From: a virus
Virus genome (UHGV): UHGV-0313797
Length of the DNA: 31,126 nucleotides
Reading direction: 5' to 3' (one strand)
This document shows positions 8,895 to 17,774 of the stretch, in pieces. The notes beneath the pieces are model-generated. The model saw nothing but the letters and a program-made list of their open reading frames with translations, made no database searches and was not told the DNA's origin. The translations under genes and the position numbers were made by a program. How positions within the stretch are numbered: position 1 is the first letter of the stretch; each line of letters begins with the position of its first letter.

Positions 8895-9404
8895 ATGTTT
8901 GATTACAGGATTTCCAAACATCCGCATTTTGATGAAGCCTGTAGAGCTTTTGCACTACGTCACAATATGGCGAAGCTGGCAGAACGTGCAGGAATGAATG
9001 TCCAGACTCTGCGAAACAAACTCAACCCAGATCAACCGCATCAGCTCAATGCGCCAGAAATCTGGCTGCTTACCGATCTGACTGAAGATTCAACGCTGAT
9101 AGATGGTTTTCTGGCACAGATTCACTGCCTTCCATGTGTACCGATTAATGAGGTAGCAAAAGAGAAACTGCCGCATTACGTCATGAGTGCAACCGCAGAG
9201 ATCGGGCGTGTTGCTGCAGGTGCGGTATCTGGCGATGTAAAAACCAGTGCAGGTCGTCGTGATGCTATCAGCAGCATTAACTCTGTAACACGACTGATGG
9301 CGCTGGCTGCTGTTTCATTGCAGGCCCGTTTACAGGCTAACCCTGCGATGGTGAGTGCAGTTGATACCGTGACTGGCCTCGGTGCTTCATTCGGTTTGCT
9401 GTGA
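8895..9404 (+). CDS. cII: CII-like lysogeny establishment activator (186 CII family)
   Basis: 169 aa, the same length as 186 CII; follows apl; RBS AAGGGGG before the ATG. Confidence 0.75.
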   Translation: MFDYRISKHPHFDEACRAFALRHNMAKLAERAGMNVQTLRNKLNPDQPHQLNAPEIWLLTDLTEDSTLIDGFLAQIHCLPCVPINEVAKEKLPHYVMSATAEIGRVAAGAVSGDVKTSAGRRDAISSINSVTRLMALAAVSLQARLQANPAMVSAVDTVTGLGASFGLL

Positions 9405-9411
9405 GGTGCTT

Positions 9412-9708
9412 ATGTTGACGAAAGAACCATCATTTGCATCGCTGCTGGTAAAACAAAGCCCGGCAATGCACTACGGTCACGGCTGGATCATGGGTGAGGA
9501 TGGTAAACGCTGGCATCCATGTCATTCACAAGATGAATTGCTGTCTGAATTGACCACGAGGAAACGGAGAAAGTCAAAATGTATGCAGCGGAAAGTGAAG
9601 TGGTTTATCAGTTTCGTTACAGAGGGGAGAGTTATTCAGTACCTGAAGATGATTTGCTCTGTTGTTATCCGTCGTTGTCGGGCGATGGCAGTTACTTTTT
9701 CACGCTAA
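9412..9708 (+). CDS. Hypothetical early protein (position of 186 fil); 3' extent uncertain
   Basis: ORF 9382..9708 trimmed to the ATG after GAGGTG. The first ~55 residues look protein-like; the distal part is Cys/Arg-rich and overlaps the next ORF in another frame. Confidence 0.35.
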   Translation: MLTKEPSFASLLVKQSPAMHYGHGWIMGEDGKRWHPCHSQDELLSELTTRKRRKSKCMQRKVKWFISFVTEGRVIQYLKMICSVVIRRCRAMAVTFSR

Positions 9709-9803
9709 GGGATGGGACGTTTTTACGGGGAGAGCAGGTTAAAGAGACGATACGAAAAAATGTATCTCCTCTTGAACGTTACCGTAAGAAAAAAGAACGA
9801 TAG
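9579..9803 (+). CDS. Hypothetical early protein
   Basis: 74-aa ORF with a GGAGA RBS 8 nt upstream of the ATG; protein-like composition. Confidence 0.45.
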   Translation: MYAAESEVVYQFRYRGESYSVPEDDLLCCYPSLSGDGSYFFTLRDGTFLRGEQVKETIRKNVSPLERYRKKKER

Positions 9804-9825
9804 TTGCGTTTTGGGGATATGAATT

Positions 9826-10167
9826 ATGGCAATTAATGGCGCTGCGGCGACTGTTCCATTAAGCCCCGGTGAACGCCTGAATGGACTTAATCACATTGCG
9901 GAGTTAAGGGCGAAAGTATTTGGCCTGAATATTGAGTCAGAGCTTGAGCGGTTTATTAAAGATATACGTGATCCACGGGATATCAATAACGAACAAAATA
10001 AACGAGCACTGGCTGCCATATTCTTTATGGCAAAAATTCCAGCTGAACGTCATAGCATCAGCATTAATGAGCTGACCACTGACGAAAAGCGGGAGTTGAT
10101 TAAAGCAATGAATCATTTTCGTGCAGTGGTGAGCTTATTTCCCAAACGGCTAACCATGCCGAATTAA
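9826..10167 (+). CDS. Hypothetical early protein
   Basis: 113-aa ORF in the early operon; no recognised motif. Confidence 0.5.
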   Translation: MAINGAAATVPLSPGERLNGLNHIAELRAKVFGLNIESELERFIKDIRDPRDINNEQNKRALAAIFFMAKIPAERHSISINELTTDEKRELIKAMNHFRAVVSLFPKRLTMPN

Positions 10168-10234
10168 CCAACTAATGAAATTAATGGCGTAAACCCGCCG
10201 GGCATCCCTTTATCTAAATTCAGGAGAATTGATT

Positions 10235-10468
10235 ATGCGTAATATTGAAATCCTCACGACTAAAACCGGACCGGATGATGCAGGGCTTAATATTTTACTG
10301 ACAGAGGCTCGTCTGGAAGAACGCCGGGCAAGGGCTGAAGCAATGGCAGCTCGCCTTGATAGCCTGGCGTGTCATATCTCATCCCGTCAGCTAAACCACG
10401 TGGAAGCGGCAGAACTGCTGCGTGTGACTGCTGAAGCAATCCAGAACGAAGCGCAGGAGATCCACTAA
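10235..10468 (+). CDS. Hypothetical early protein
   Basis: ORF 10229..10468 trimmed to the ATG 8 nt after AGGAGA; its stop overlaps the next start (ATGA-type junction). Confidence 0.5.
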   Translation: MRNIEILTTKTGPDDAGLNILLTEARLEERRARAEAMAARLDSLACHISSRQLNHVEAAELLRVTAEAIQNEAQEIH

Positions 10469-10695
10469 TGGCTGATGCAATGGATCTCGTACAGCAGCGC
10501 GTTGAAGAAGAACGCCAGCGCCATATCCGTGCTGCCCGTGCCAAAACACCGGGTGTGTCTCGCGTGCTTTGCATTGAGTGTGAAGCGCCAATTCCGCCAG
10601 CACGACGCCGCGCCATTCCGGGTGTTCAGCTTTGCATTACTTGCCAGGAAATCGCAGAGCTGAAAGGCAAACATTACAACGGAGGTGCTGTATGA
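10468..10695 (+). CDS. TraR/DksA-family C4 zinc-finger protein
   Basis: 75 aa with [26 protein letters not shown] (CxxC-N17-CxxC), typical of phage and plasmid TraR-like proteins. Confidence 0.7.
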
Positions 10696-10994
10696 CAAGG
10701 GCAGTGCGTATCCATCAATTAAAAATTGCACCTAAGTATTTCAACGCTGTGGTTGCAGGTCAAAAGACGGCTGAACTTCGTAAAGACGATCGTGGCTATA
10801 AAGTTGGTGATGTTCTTTCTCTTTGCGAATGGAAGCATGGCGTATTTACGGGTAGGGAATGGGCCGCTGTTATCTCTCATGTGCTTCCGGTTAATGACGT
10901 CATGGCAGTTTCAGAACAATGGGTGATGCTGTCAATTCGCCCATTAACCCCATTAGAAGCTTTAGGATATGTTATTGCCGGAGGTGCTGTATGA
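10692..10994 (+). CDS. Small ASCH/DUF3850-like protein
   Basis: ORF 10632..10994 trimmed to the ATG after GGAGG ([41 protein letters not shown]...); motif arrangement recalls DUF3850/ASCH proteins often found beside phage methylases. Domain assignment is from memory. Confidence 0.5.
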
Positions 10995-11848
10995 GCACCA
11001 TCCTGAAATGGGCGGGAAATAAAACCGCCATTATGCCAGAACTGAAAAAACACCTTCCAGCTGGCCCGCGACTGGTTGAACCTTTCGCGGGTTCCTGTGC
11101 GGTGATGATGGAGACGGATTATCCAAGCTATCTGGTTGCGGATATTAATCCTGATTTAATCAACCTCTATAAAAAGGTTGCCGCTGATTGTGAATCGTTT
11201 ATATCTCGCGCCAGAGTTTTATTTGAGAACGCAAACAGGGAGGTAGCTTATTACAACATAAGGCAGGAGTTTAATTACTCAACTGAAATTACTGATTTCA
11301 TGAAAGCGGTATATTTCCTGTATCTCAATCGTCACGGTTACCGTGGTTTATGTCGCTATAACAAGAGCGGGCATTTCAATATTCCCTACGGTAATTATAA
11401 AAATCCGTATTTCCCTGAAAAAGAAATTCGCGCATTTGCAGAAAAAGCCCAGCGGGCAACGTTTATCTGCGCCAGCTTTGATGAAACGCTGGCGATGTTG
11501 AAGGCGGGGGATGTGGTGTATTGCGATCCGCCTTATGACGGTACGTTTTCCGGCTATCACACTGATGGTTTCACTGAAGATGACCAGTATCACCTGGCAT
11601 CCGTTCTTGAACATCGATCATCTGAAGGACATCCGGTCATTGTTTCTAACAGTGACACATCCCTGATTCGTTCGCTGTATCGCAATTTTACTCACCACTA
11701 TATCAAGGTAAAACGCAGCATCGGTGTGGCAGCTGGCGAGTGTAAATCAGCAACAGAAATCATCGCTGTTTCCGGGCCGCGCTGCTGGGTGGGATTTGAT
11801 CCTTCGCGTGGCGTGGATAGTTCTGCCGTGTACGGAGTGCGTGCATGA
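10991..11848 (+). CDS. dam: DNA adenine methyltransferase, Dam family
   Basis: ORF 10919..11848 trimmed to the ATG after [16 protein letters not shown]..., [28 protein letters not shown] and catalytic VYCDPPY align closely with E. coli Dam. Confidence 0.9.
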
Positions 11849-14259
11849 GCCATGCTGATATGAACAACTGCAGCGGCTTTAACGAGGTCGCAGCAGCATT
11901 CTCATGGAGCAGCCCGAAAAAGGCCATTAACCCTTATCTGGACCCGGCGGAAGTTGCGCCGGTTTCTGCGCTTTCAAACCTGATCACTCTGTACGCTGCC
12001 GATAACGAGCAGGAACAGCTGCGCCGTGAGGCGCTGAGTGATCAGGTCTGGGAGCGTTATTTCTTTAATGAATCCCGTGATCCTGTCCAGCGCGAAATCG
12101 AGCAGGATAAGCTCATTAGTCGGGCAAAGCTGGCGCATGAGCAGCAGCGTTTTAATCCGGATATGGTCATTCTGGCGGACGTCAACGCCCAGCCTTCCCA
12201 TATCAGCAAGCCGCTGATGCAACGTATTGAATACTTCAGCAGCCTGGGCAGGCCAAAGGCTTATTCCCGCTATTTGCGTGAGACGATTAAGCCATGTCTG
12301 GAACGACTGGAGCATGTACGCGAGAGTCAGCTATCCACTTCTTTTCGCTTTATGGCAAGCCATGAAGGGCTGGACGGCCTGCTGATCCTGCCTGAAATGA
12401 GTCAGGATCAGGTGAAGCGCCTGTCTACCCTTGTTGCCGCGCATATGAGCATGTGCCTTGATGCAGCTTGTGGTGATTTGTATGCCACCGATGACGTTAA
12501 GCCAGAAGAAATCCGCAAGACATGGGAAAAGGTGGCAGCGGAAACCCTGCGTCTGGATGTAATCCCTCCTGCGTTTGAGCAACTCCGTCGGAAAAGAAAC
12601 CGCCGTAAACCCGTGCCCTATGAACTCATTCCGGGTTCGCTGGCGCGTATGTTGTGCGCCGACTGGTGGTATCGGAAATTATGGAAGATGCGTTGCGAAT
12701 GGCGGGAAGAGCAGTTGCGTGCTGTCTGCCTGGTCAGCAAAAAAGCATCTCCCTATGTCAGCTATGAAGCCGTGATGCATAAACGTGAGCAGCGCCGTAA
12801 GTCGCTGGAGTTTTTCCGTTCTCATGAACTGGTGAACGAAGACGGCGACACGCTGGACATGGAGGATGTGGTAAACGCCAGCAGCAGCAACCCGGCGCAT
12901 CGCCGCAATGAGATGATGGCCTGTGTTAAAGGTCTGGAGCTTATCGCGGAAATGCGCGGTGACTGCGCCGTTTTCTACACCATCACCTGTCCGTCACGTT
13001 TCCATTCCACGCTCAATAACGGCAGACCAAACCCGACCTGGACAAACGCGACGGTAAGACAAAGCAGCGATTATCTGGTCGGCATGTTTGCTGCATTTCG
13101 TAAGGCGATGCACAAAGCCGGGTTGCGCTGGTATGGCGTGCGGGTGGCTGAGCCGCATCATGACGGCACAGTTCACTGGCACCTGTTGTGTTTCATGCGC
13201 AAAAAAGACCGCCGTGCCATCACTGCATTACTGCGTAAGTTTGCCATCCGTGAAGACCGCGAGGAGCTGGGCAATAACACTGGGCCGCGCTTTAAGTCTG
13301 AGTTGATTAACCCGCGCAAAGGAACGCCAACAAGCTACATCGCGAAATACATCAGTAAGAACATTGACGGGCGTGGTCTGGCTGGCGAGATCAGCAAGGA
13401 AACGGGGAAATCCCTGCGTGATAATGCTGAATACGTTAATGCCTGGGCGTCTCTGCATCGTGTTCAGCAATTCCGCTTCTTTGGCATTCCGGGGCGTCAG
13501 GCTTACCGTGAACTGCGATTGCTGGCTGGTCAGGCGGCAAGGCAACAGGGGGACAAAAAAGCAGGTGCGCCGGTACTGGATAACCCACGCCTTGATGCCA
13601 TCCTGGCTGCTGCTGATGCTGGTTGTTTTGCCACCTACATCATGAAGCAGGGCGGCGTACTGGTTCCCCGCAAATATCACCTCATCAGAACCGCTTATGA
13701 AATCAACGAAGAGCCGACCGCCTATGGCGATCACGGCATTCGTATTTATGGCATCTGGTCACCTATTGCAGAGGGCAAGATCTGCACTCATGCCGTGAAG
13801 TGGAAAATGGTTCGTAAGGCCGTTGATGTTCAGGAGGCGGCAGCTGACCAGGGCGCTTGCGCCCCTTGGACTCGTGGCAATAACTGTCCCCTTGCTGAAA
13901 ATTTGAACCAACAGGAGAAAAACAAATCAGCTGATGGGGATACCAGAACGGATATCACCCGCATGGATGACAAAGAGTTGCACGAATACCTGCACAGTAT
14001 GAGCAAAAAAGAGCGCCGGGAACTGGTAGAAAGGTTACGCCTGGTTAAACCGAAACGGCGTAGAGACTACAAACAGCGAATTACAGACCATCAACGACAG
14101 CAGCTCGTCTATGAACTGAAATCCAGAGGATTTGATGGCAGCGAGAAAGAGGTCGATTTACTCCTTCGCGGCGGCAGTATTCCGTCAGGAGCAGGCCTGC
14201 GTATCTTCTATCGGAACCAGCGTTTGCAGGAAGATGATAAGTGGCGGAACCTGTATTAA
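11845..14259 (+). CDS. A: Replication initiation endonuclease, P2 gpA family (rolling-circle initiator)
   Basis: 804 aa, last gene of the early operon; contains [13 protein letters not shown] (HUH-type metal-binding motif) and downstream tyrosines (SYIAKYISK); position before the cargo locus matches P2/186 gene A. Confidence 0.85.
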   Translation: MSHADMNNCSGFNEVAAAFSWSSPKKAINPYLDPAEVAPVSALSNLITLYAADNEQEQLRREALSDQVWERYFFNESRDPVQREIEQDKLISRAKLAHEQQRFNPDMVILADVNAQPSHISKPLMQRIEYFSSLGRPKAYSRYLRETIKPCLERLEHVRESQLSTSFRFMASHEGLDGLLILPEMSQDQVKRLSTLVAAHMSMCLDAACGDLYATDDVKPEEIRKTWEKVAAETLRLDVIPPAFEQLRRKRNRRKPVPYELIPGSLARMLCADWWYRKLWKMRCEWREEQLRAVCLVSKKASPYVSYEAVMHKREQRRKSLEFFRSHELVNEDGDTLDMEDVVNASSSNPAHRRNEMMACVKGLELIAEMRGDCAVFYTITCPSRFHSTLNNGRPNPTWTNATVRQSSDYLVGMFAAFRKAMHKAGLRWYGVRVAEPHHDGTVHWHLLCFMRKKDRRAITALLRKFAIREDREELGNNTGPRFKSELINPRKGTPTSYIAKYISKNIDGRGLAGEISKETGKSLRDNAEYVNAWASLHRVQQFRFFGIPGRQAYRELRLLAGQAARQQGDKKAGAPVLDNPRLDAILAAADAGCFATYIMKQGGVLVPRKYHLIRTAYEINEEPTAYGDHGIRIYGIWSPIAEGKICTHAVKWKMVRKAVDVQEAAADQGACAPWTRGNNCPLAENLNQQEKNKSADGDTRTDITRMDDKELHEYLHSMSKKERRELVERLRLVKPKRRRDYKQRITDHQRQQLVYELKSRGFDGSEKEVDLLLRGGSIPSGAGLRIFYRNQRLQEDDKWRNLY

Positions 14260-14351
14260 TTACGCTGGTTAACAATTCGTGCTCTTAATAATACCAGGCA
14301 TATCAGGCTGATAAGCGTAAAAAAACGTTTTACATCAGTAAGATTATTATA

Positions 14352-14371
14352 TACTGTAAATATAAACAGTG
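14352..14371. promoter_or_regulatory. LexA (SOS) box
   Basis: TACTGTAAATATAAACAGTG: CTGT-N8-ACAG with an AT-rich spacer, matching the LexA consensus; lies about 40 bp upstream of the small ORF at 14413. Confidence 0.6.
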
Positions 14372-14412
14372 GTTATGCATACAGTATTGCGTGTGGTGTC
14401 ATAGGAGGAAAG

Positions 14413-14601
14413 ATGCAGGACTATTTTTTGGAGTCTTTGAAGCTCCAGCGCATTGATTTTTTTCTTAAGCTTGTAGCGGCTAGTGAGTGCGATGATGAAG
14501 AGAAGCGGCTTGCTATCCAGTGGGTTTCGGAGCTGACCGATGAGTTAATGGCGAAAATCCGTACTCATGAGTACAACCGTTCAATGGATCTCCCCGGTTA
14601 G
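14413..14601 (+). CDS. Small SOS-controlled protein; candidate Tum-like antirepressor
   Basis: 62-aa ORF with a strong RBS (AGGAGG, 6 nt spacer); preceded by the LexA box; in the position of the LexA-regulated tum gene of phage 186. Sequence identity to Tum was not verified. Confidence 0.45.
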   Translation: MQDYFLESLKLQRIDFFLKLVAASECDDEEKRLAIQWVSELTDELMAKIRTHEYNRSMDLPG

Positions 14602-15186
14602 GCTTAGGAACGTTGCTGGCGTTAGGACTTGATTCTGACGCTAGCAAGGTTGATCAACGAGCCATGCGAGGCGTTAGTCATGGGCAAAAAAATAGTAACT
14701 TCCAGATTTTGTTTCGTGCCAGGTATTGAGTAGTTTTATCGCCAGAGGGGCTGTTAGCGCTCAAACTACTAATGGAGCCACACCTTAGATGAGTGATTTG
14801 GCTTAAGCTATGATTATATAGTTTCGCTGTACGGCGGCCTTGCTTTTTATTGAAGCGACCAGACTGGAACAACGGCGAAAGGAGACTAACGATACGCACC
14901 AGTTTTTTGAAAAGGTACAGTTATCTAGATTGGTTGCCAATTTTCGTTGAAACCTGACATACCATTAGGTCATTGCTTTAGAAAAATTAATACTTGATGT
15001 GAGAATTGCTTCAAAACATCTAGAATTAAAATTTCTTTACTAGTATGCTTCACCACTTGGTCGTTGGGTTGAGTGCAAAAGCTAAGGCTGATGCCCAGTA
15101 CGCTATCCGCATTATTGCCAGAGAACCGATTCGAAACCGGAATCTGGCAGAGCATGGGCGCAAGTGCTGGCTTCCCAACGGCCTCG

Positions 15187-16155
15187 TTATTTATAATATG
15201 CTGACTTCAAAACCACTCGTCTTTCAACCTGCTGTGATAGCATTACCGCGTTAGTCCAATCTTTTGGATACCTTATTTCTTCTATAACACGAATATAAGC
15301 ACATACTTTATTTTTTCCTTCTCCTTTGGCATAAGTAACCTCTAGATTATTAAATTTCAATAAGTGCTCTCTTCTTTGGTAAGTAAAACAGCCGTAATCA
15401 CGGACATCAGAAGAAGTAATAGCATGAGTTGAAGGAAACCGAACTAGTAAATTTCTCAAGTAGGGAATAATGTCCAAACTCGTTGCTTTGTTTTCTTCTC
15501 TGCGACTCTTTCTGAACATATGTCTCCAACCCAGCCGTGTAAGCTCGATTTTCCCAAGCACCGGAGATGTGATTTCTTTCTGTTCAGAATAACGTTTTTT
15601 AACAAACGCTCGCCGATTATTAAGTAGTGAGTTTCTTCTTCTTACATGGATTCCTTTTGCTCCAGTTTCACCTGCACGTATCATGGACATACAGCGAGCC
15701 AGGTCAAACCGTGTAGCCGGAGTGATTAAGTGATATTCTCCATAAGTTTGGTTTTTAAGGGTAGTGTTTGGATGTATATAGGCCCAAAATGCTTTACGAT
15801 TAGTTCTGTCAACCCAAACGACACATATATGGTGAGTTGTCCTTTTGGCTGCTTTTTTTGCGGCCGAATTTAATACAAAACCTTTCTCTAATAAATGACC
15901 ATAAGTTGCCCCTGATTTAACTTGCGACAATATAAGCATTCTTTCTTTTGATGCCCATGGATGTTCGAAGGATAATATTAAATCTATTTTTGAATTGTCG
16001 TCTTCCCTGGAACCCCAGTGCCCCTCTCCTCTACAAGCAAGAATGAATTGACTCATTGCATAAGATTCGGCGTCACTGCCGTTAACTGAGTTAAACTGTC
16101 TTGTTTCTAGCACAGTTGGTATTGGTCGTGATGCAAGTAAACTGAAAGATCCCAC
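15187..16155 (-). CDS. Uncharacterized cargo protein in the A-Q variable locus; possible PD-(D/E)xK-like N-terminal region
   Basis: 322-aa ORF starting at a GTG 8 nt downstream of GGAGAG. AT-rich. N-terminal region has GEGHWGSREDDNSKIDLILSFEHP...ERMLILSQVKSG, a D...(Q)xK pattern compatible with a restriction-endonuclease-like fold; a strongly basic segment (IHVRRRNSLLNNRRAFVKKRYSEQKE) follows. No confident family assignment. Confidence 0.55.
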   Translation of the reverse strand: MGSFSLLASRPIPTVLETRQFNSVNGSDAESYAMSQFILACRGEGHWGSREDDNSKIDLILSFEHPWASKERMLILSQVKSGATYGHLLEKGFVLNSAAKKAAKRTTHHICVVWVDRTNRKAFWAYIHPNTTLKNQTYGEYHLITPATRFDLARCMSMIRAGETGAKGIHVRRRNSLLNNRRAFVKKRYSEQKEITSPVLGKIELTRLGWRHMFRKSRREENKATSLDIIPYLRNLLVRFPSTHAITSSDVRDYGCFTYQRREHLLKFNNLEVTYAKGEGKNKVCAYIRVIEEIRYPKDWTNAVMLSQQVERRVVLKSAYYK

Positions 16156-16592
16156 TTATAGTTCTCTCCAAAAAATTGCATAATCTCGAACGCTAAAAAA
16201 TAGTATACAAACTAAAGTATTTTTTCATTTAATTCAATGTATTGGCTAAAATTAAGACATTTATAGCTATATGTACTAGATAACATAGCGTTGTTTTCCT
16301 TTTGAAATCTCTTCTTGTGGTAACACAACAGTATTTACTCAAGTAGTTTGTCACTGCATGGGGAGATTTCGCTATGTCCGCGGCATCATACAGATGCGAT
16401 AGATTTTCAGCATGACCTTGGGTAGCAAATCTGTAGGTATCATCCATTGCACCTCAAAGTAACTCTGGTGCATACCTATGCTGCATGAAAATGAATGATC
16501 GCTAGTGGATCGTTTATGTCGAAGCCTGCCAGTTCTGACGGGCTTTTGCTTATGTTATGCAACTGCATGAAAACCACTACACAAAGCGGGCA

Positions 16593-16611
16593 GGCGTGGC
16601 GGGGATACGAG
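16593..16611. other. Candidate cos site (cohesive-end sequence of the P2/186-like genome)
   Basis: GGCGTGGCGGGGATACGAG shares its first 13 nt with the 19-nt cohesive end of phage 186 (GGCGTGGCGGGGAAAGCAT, from memory) and lies in the A-Q interval where P2-like prophages carry cos. Confidence 0.45.
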
Positions 16612-16719
16612 CGCGCGCTGTATGCCTGAAGTGGCTAAAATAGTATCTGTCATAGGTACAACTTAGTGTAGTATCATCCATATAATCCATTGAAATATAA
16701 TCGACTCTCATTAGAGGTG

Positions 16720-17718
16720 ATGATGAACGGAATCTGGTACGAAAACACTCATACACGCATTCCTAATTTTGAAACAACAGTACATCAAAAGCACAAATTC
16801 GGTTACGCTTATGAAACAACAAGTCATTTTGTGCATCTGTATGGGCGTGACGTGGGATTTAATGTAATATCAGTTGGGTTAACTGTTATTGAGCAACGAA
16901 GTGGAACTCTCAATGATTGGGTTCGGAGAGTATTTGGGGCTCAGAACATATCTCCTTTAGATAATGAAATTGGACATGTAACTAGGGGAGTGTGGCGGCC
17001 ATCCTTATATTATGTCAATGATACAGAAACAGCATTAGGTATCGATGAGTTTGAAAAAAGAGCAACAGAGCAAGCTCTAAGAGTTTTGATAGAAAAACTC
17101 GATGATATTTTTCTATATGTAGAACCAAGTGCCCATGGTTTGATTTCTTACAGTCATAAATGTAGAGAGCTATTAATTCTTGCTTGTACTGAGGTTGAAA
17201 ATCAATGGGTGTCAATCATTGGTAATTCGAATTTATCTCGTTCAAATGGTCGATACTCCACAAATGATTATGTGAAATTATTAGATAAGTGTTATTTGTC
17301 TGAATATAAAATTCAATATTTGAATTATGACGGATTAAGGCATTTCAAACCTTTTGATGGGTGGAATGCAAGTACCCCTACAACATCTTTGTCATGGTAT
17401 AATGCATATAATAAAACTAAACATGATAGATCAGGAGCATTCCACTTTTCCACTTTAGAAAATGTAATGGATGCAGTTGCTGCTTGTGTTGTAATGTACT
17501 GTGTAAAATATGGCCCGTTTAGCTTATTGGAAGCCAATACGTCTCTATCAACGATCGTTAATCAAAACTTTTCAATTTCATTAGATAATAGCAATCCAGC
17601 AAGTTATTACATTCCTGAAATTGAACTTCCACCGGATACAAGAACGGATTTATTAATTTATGATTGTTATCGAGAAAACCATAATAAAGCATGGGTCACT
17701 GATCCCCTAGTGCTCTAA
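16720..17718 (+). CDS. Uncharacterized cargo protein with a HEPN-like Rx4H motif; candidate abortive-infection effector
   Basis: ORF 16690..17718 trimmed to the ATG after AGAGGTG (MMNGIWYENTH...). AT-rich. C-terminal region has YNKTKHDRSGAFHFSTLENVMDAVAAC; RSGAFH fits the R-x4-H signature of HEPN RNase domains. Single-motif evidence only. Confidence 0.55.
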   Translation: MMNGIWYENTHTRIPNFETTVHQKHKFGYAYETTSHFVHLYGRDVGFNVISVGLTVIEQRSGTLNDWVRRVFGAQNISPLDNEIGHVTRGVWRPSLYYVNDTETALGIDEFEKRATEQALRVLIEKLDDIFLYVEPSAHGLISYSHKCRELLILACTEVENQWVSIIGNSNLSRSNGRYSTNDYVKLLDKCYLSEYKIQYLNYDGLRHFKPFDGWNASTPTTSLSWYNAYNKTKHDRSGAFHFSTLENVMDAVAACVVMYCVKYGPFSLLEANTSLSTIVNQNFSISLDNSNPASYYIPEIELPPDTRTDLLIYDCYRENHNKAWVTDPLVL

Positions 17719-17728
17719 TTTCCTGCTA

Positions 17729-17758
17729 AAGGGAGCTTTTAATTATAAACGCTCCCTT
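17729..17758. terminator. Hairpin between convergent genes (possible bidirectional terminator)
   Basis: Perfect 8-bp inverted repeat AAGGGAGC / GCTCCCTT around a 14-nt AT-rich loop, located between the stops at 17718 (+) and 17775 (-); no clear U-tract. Confidence 0.35.
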
Positions 17759-17774
17759 CGGTTGTCGCTATTTA

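Noticed and set aside
10287-10731. Minus-strand ORFs (10287-10616, 10391-10603, 10465-10731) in the early region
   Set aside because: Antisense to the tightly packed rightward early operon, which has clear RBS-supported genes on the plus strand.
14602-15186. Possible retron msr-msd RNA or type III toxin-antitoxin RNA repeats in the non-coding tract
   Set aside because: Retrons and ToxIN-type loci need an adjacent reverse transcriptase or endoribonuclease toxin on the same strand. The neighbouring 322-aa protein has no reverse-transcriptase motifs (no YxDD box), and I see no regular tandem repeat array.
16229-16447. 72-aa minus-strand ORF between the candidate cos site and the 322-aa gene
   Set aside because: Not called as a feature: the RBS-to-ATG spacing is short, there is no recognisable motif, and the region is expected to hold cos and promoter sequences. 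Kept as a possibility in the finding on the 322-aa gene.
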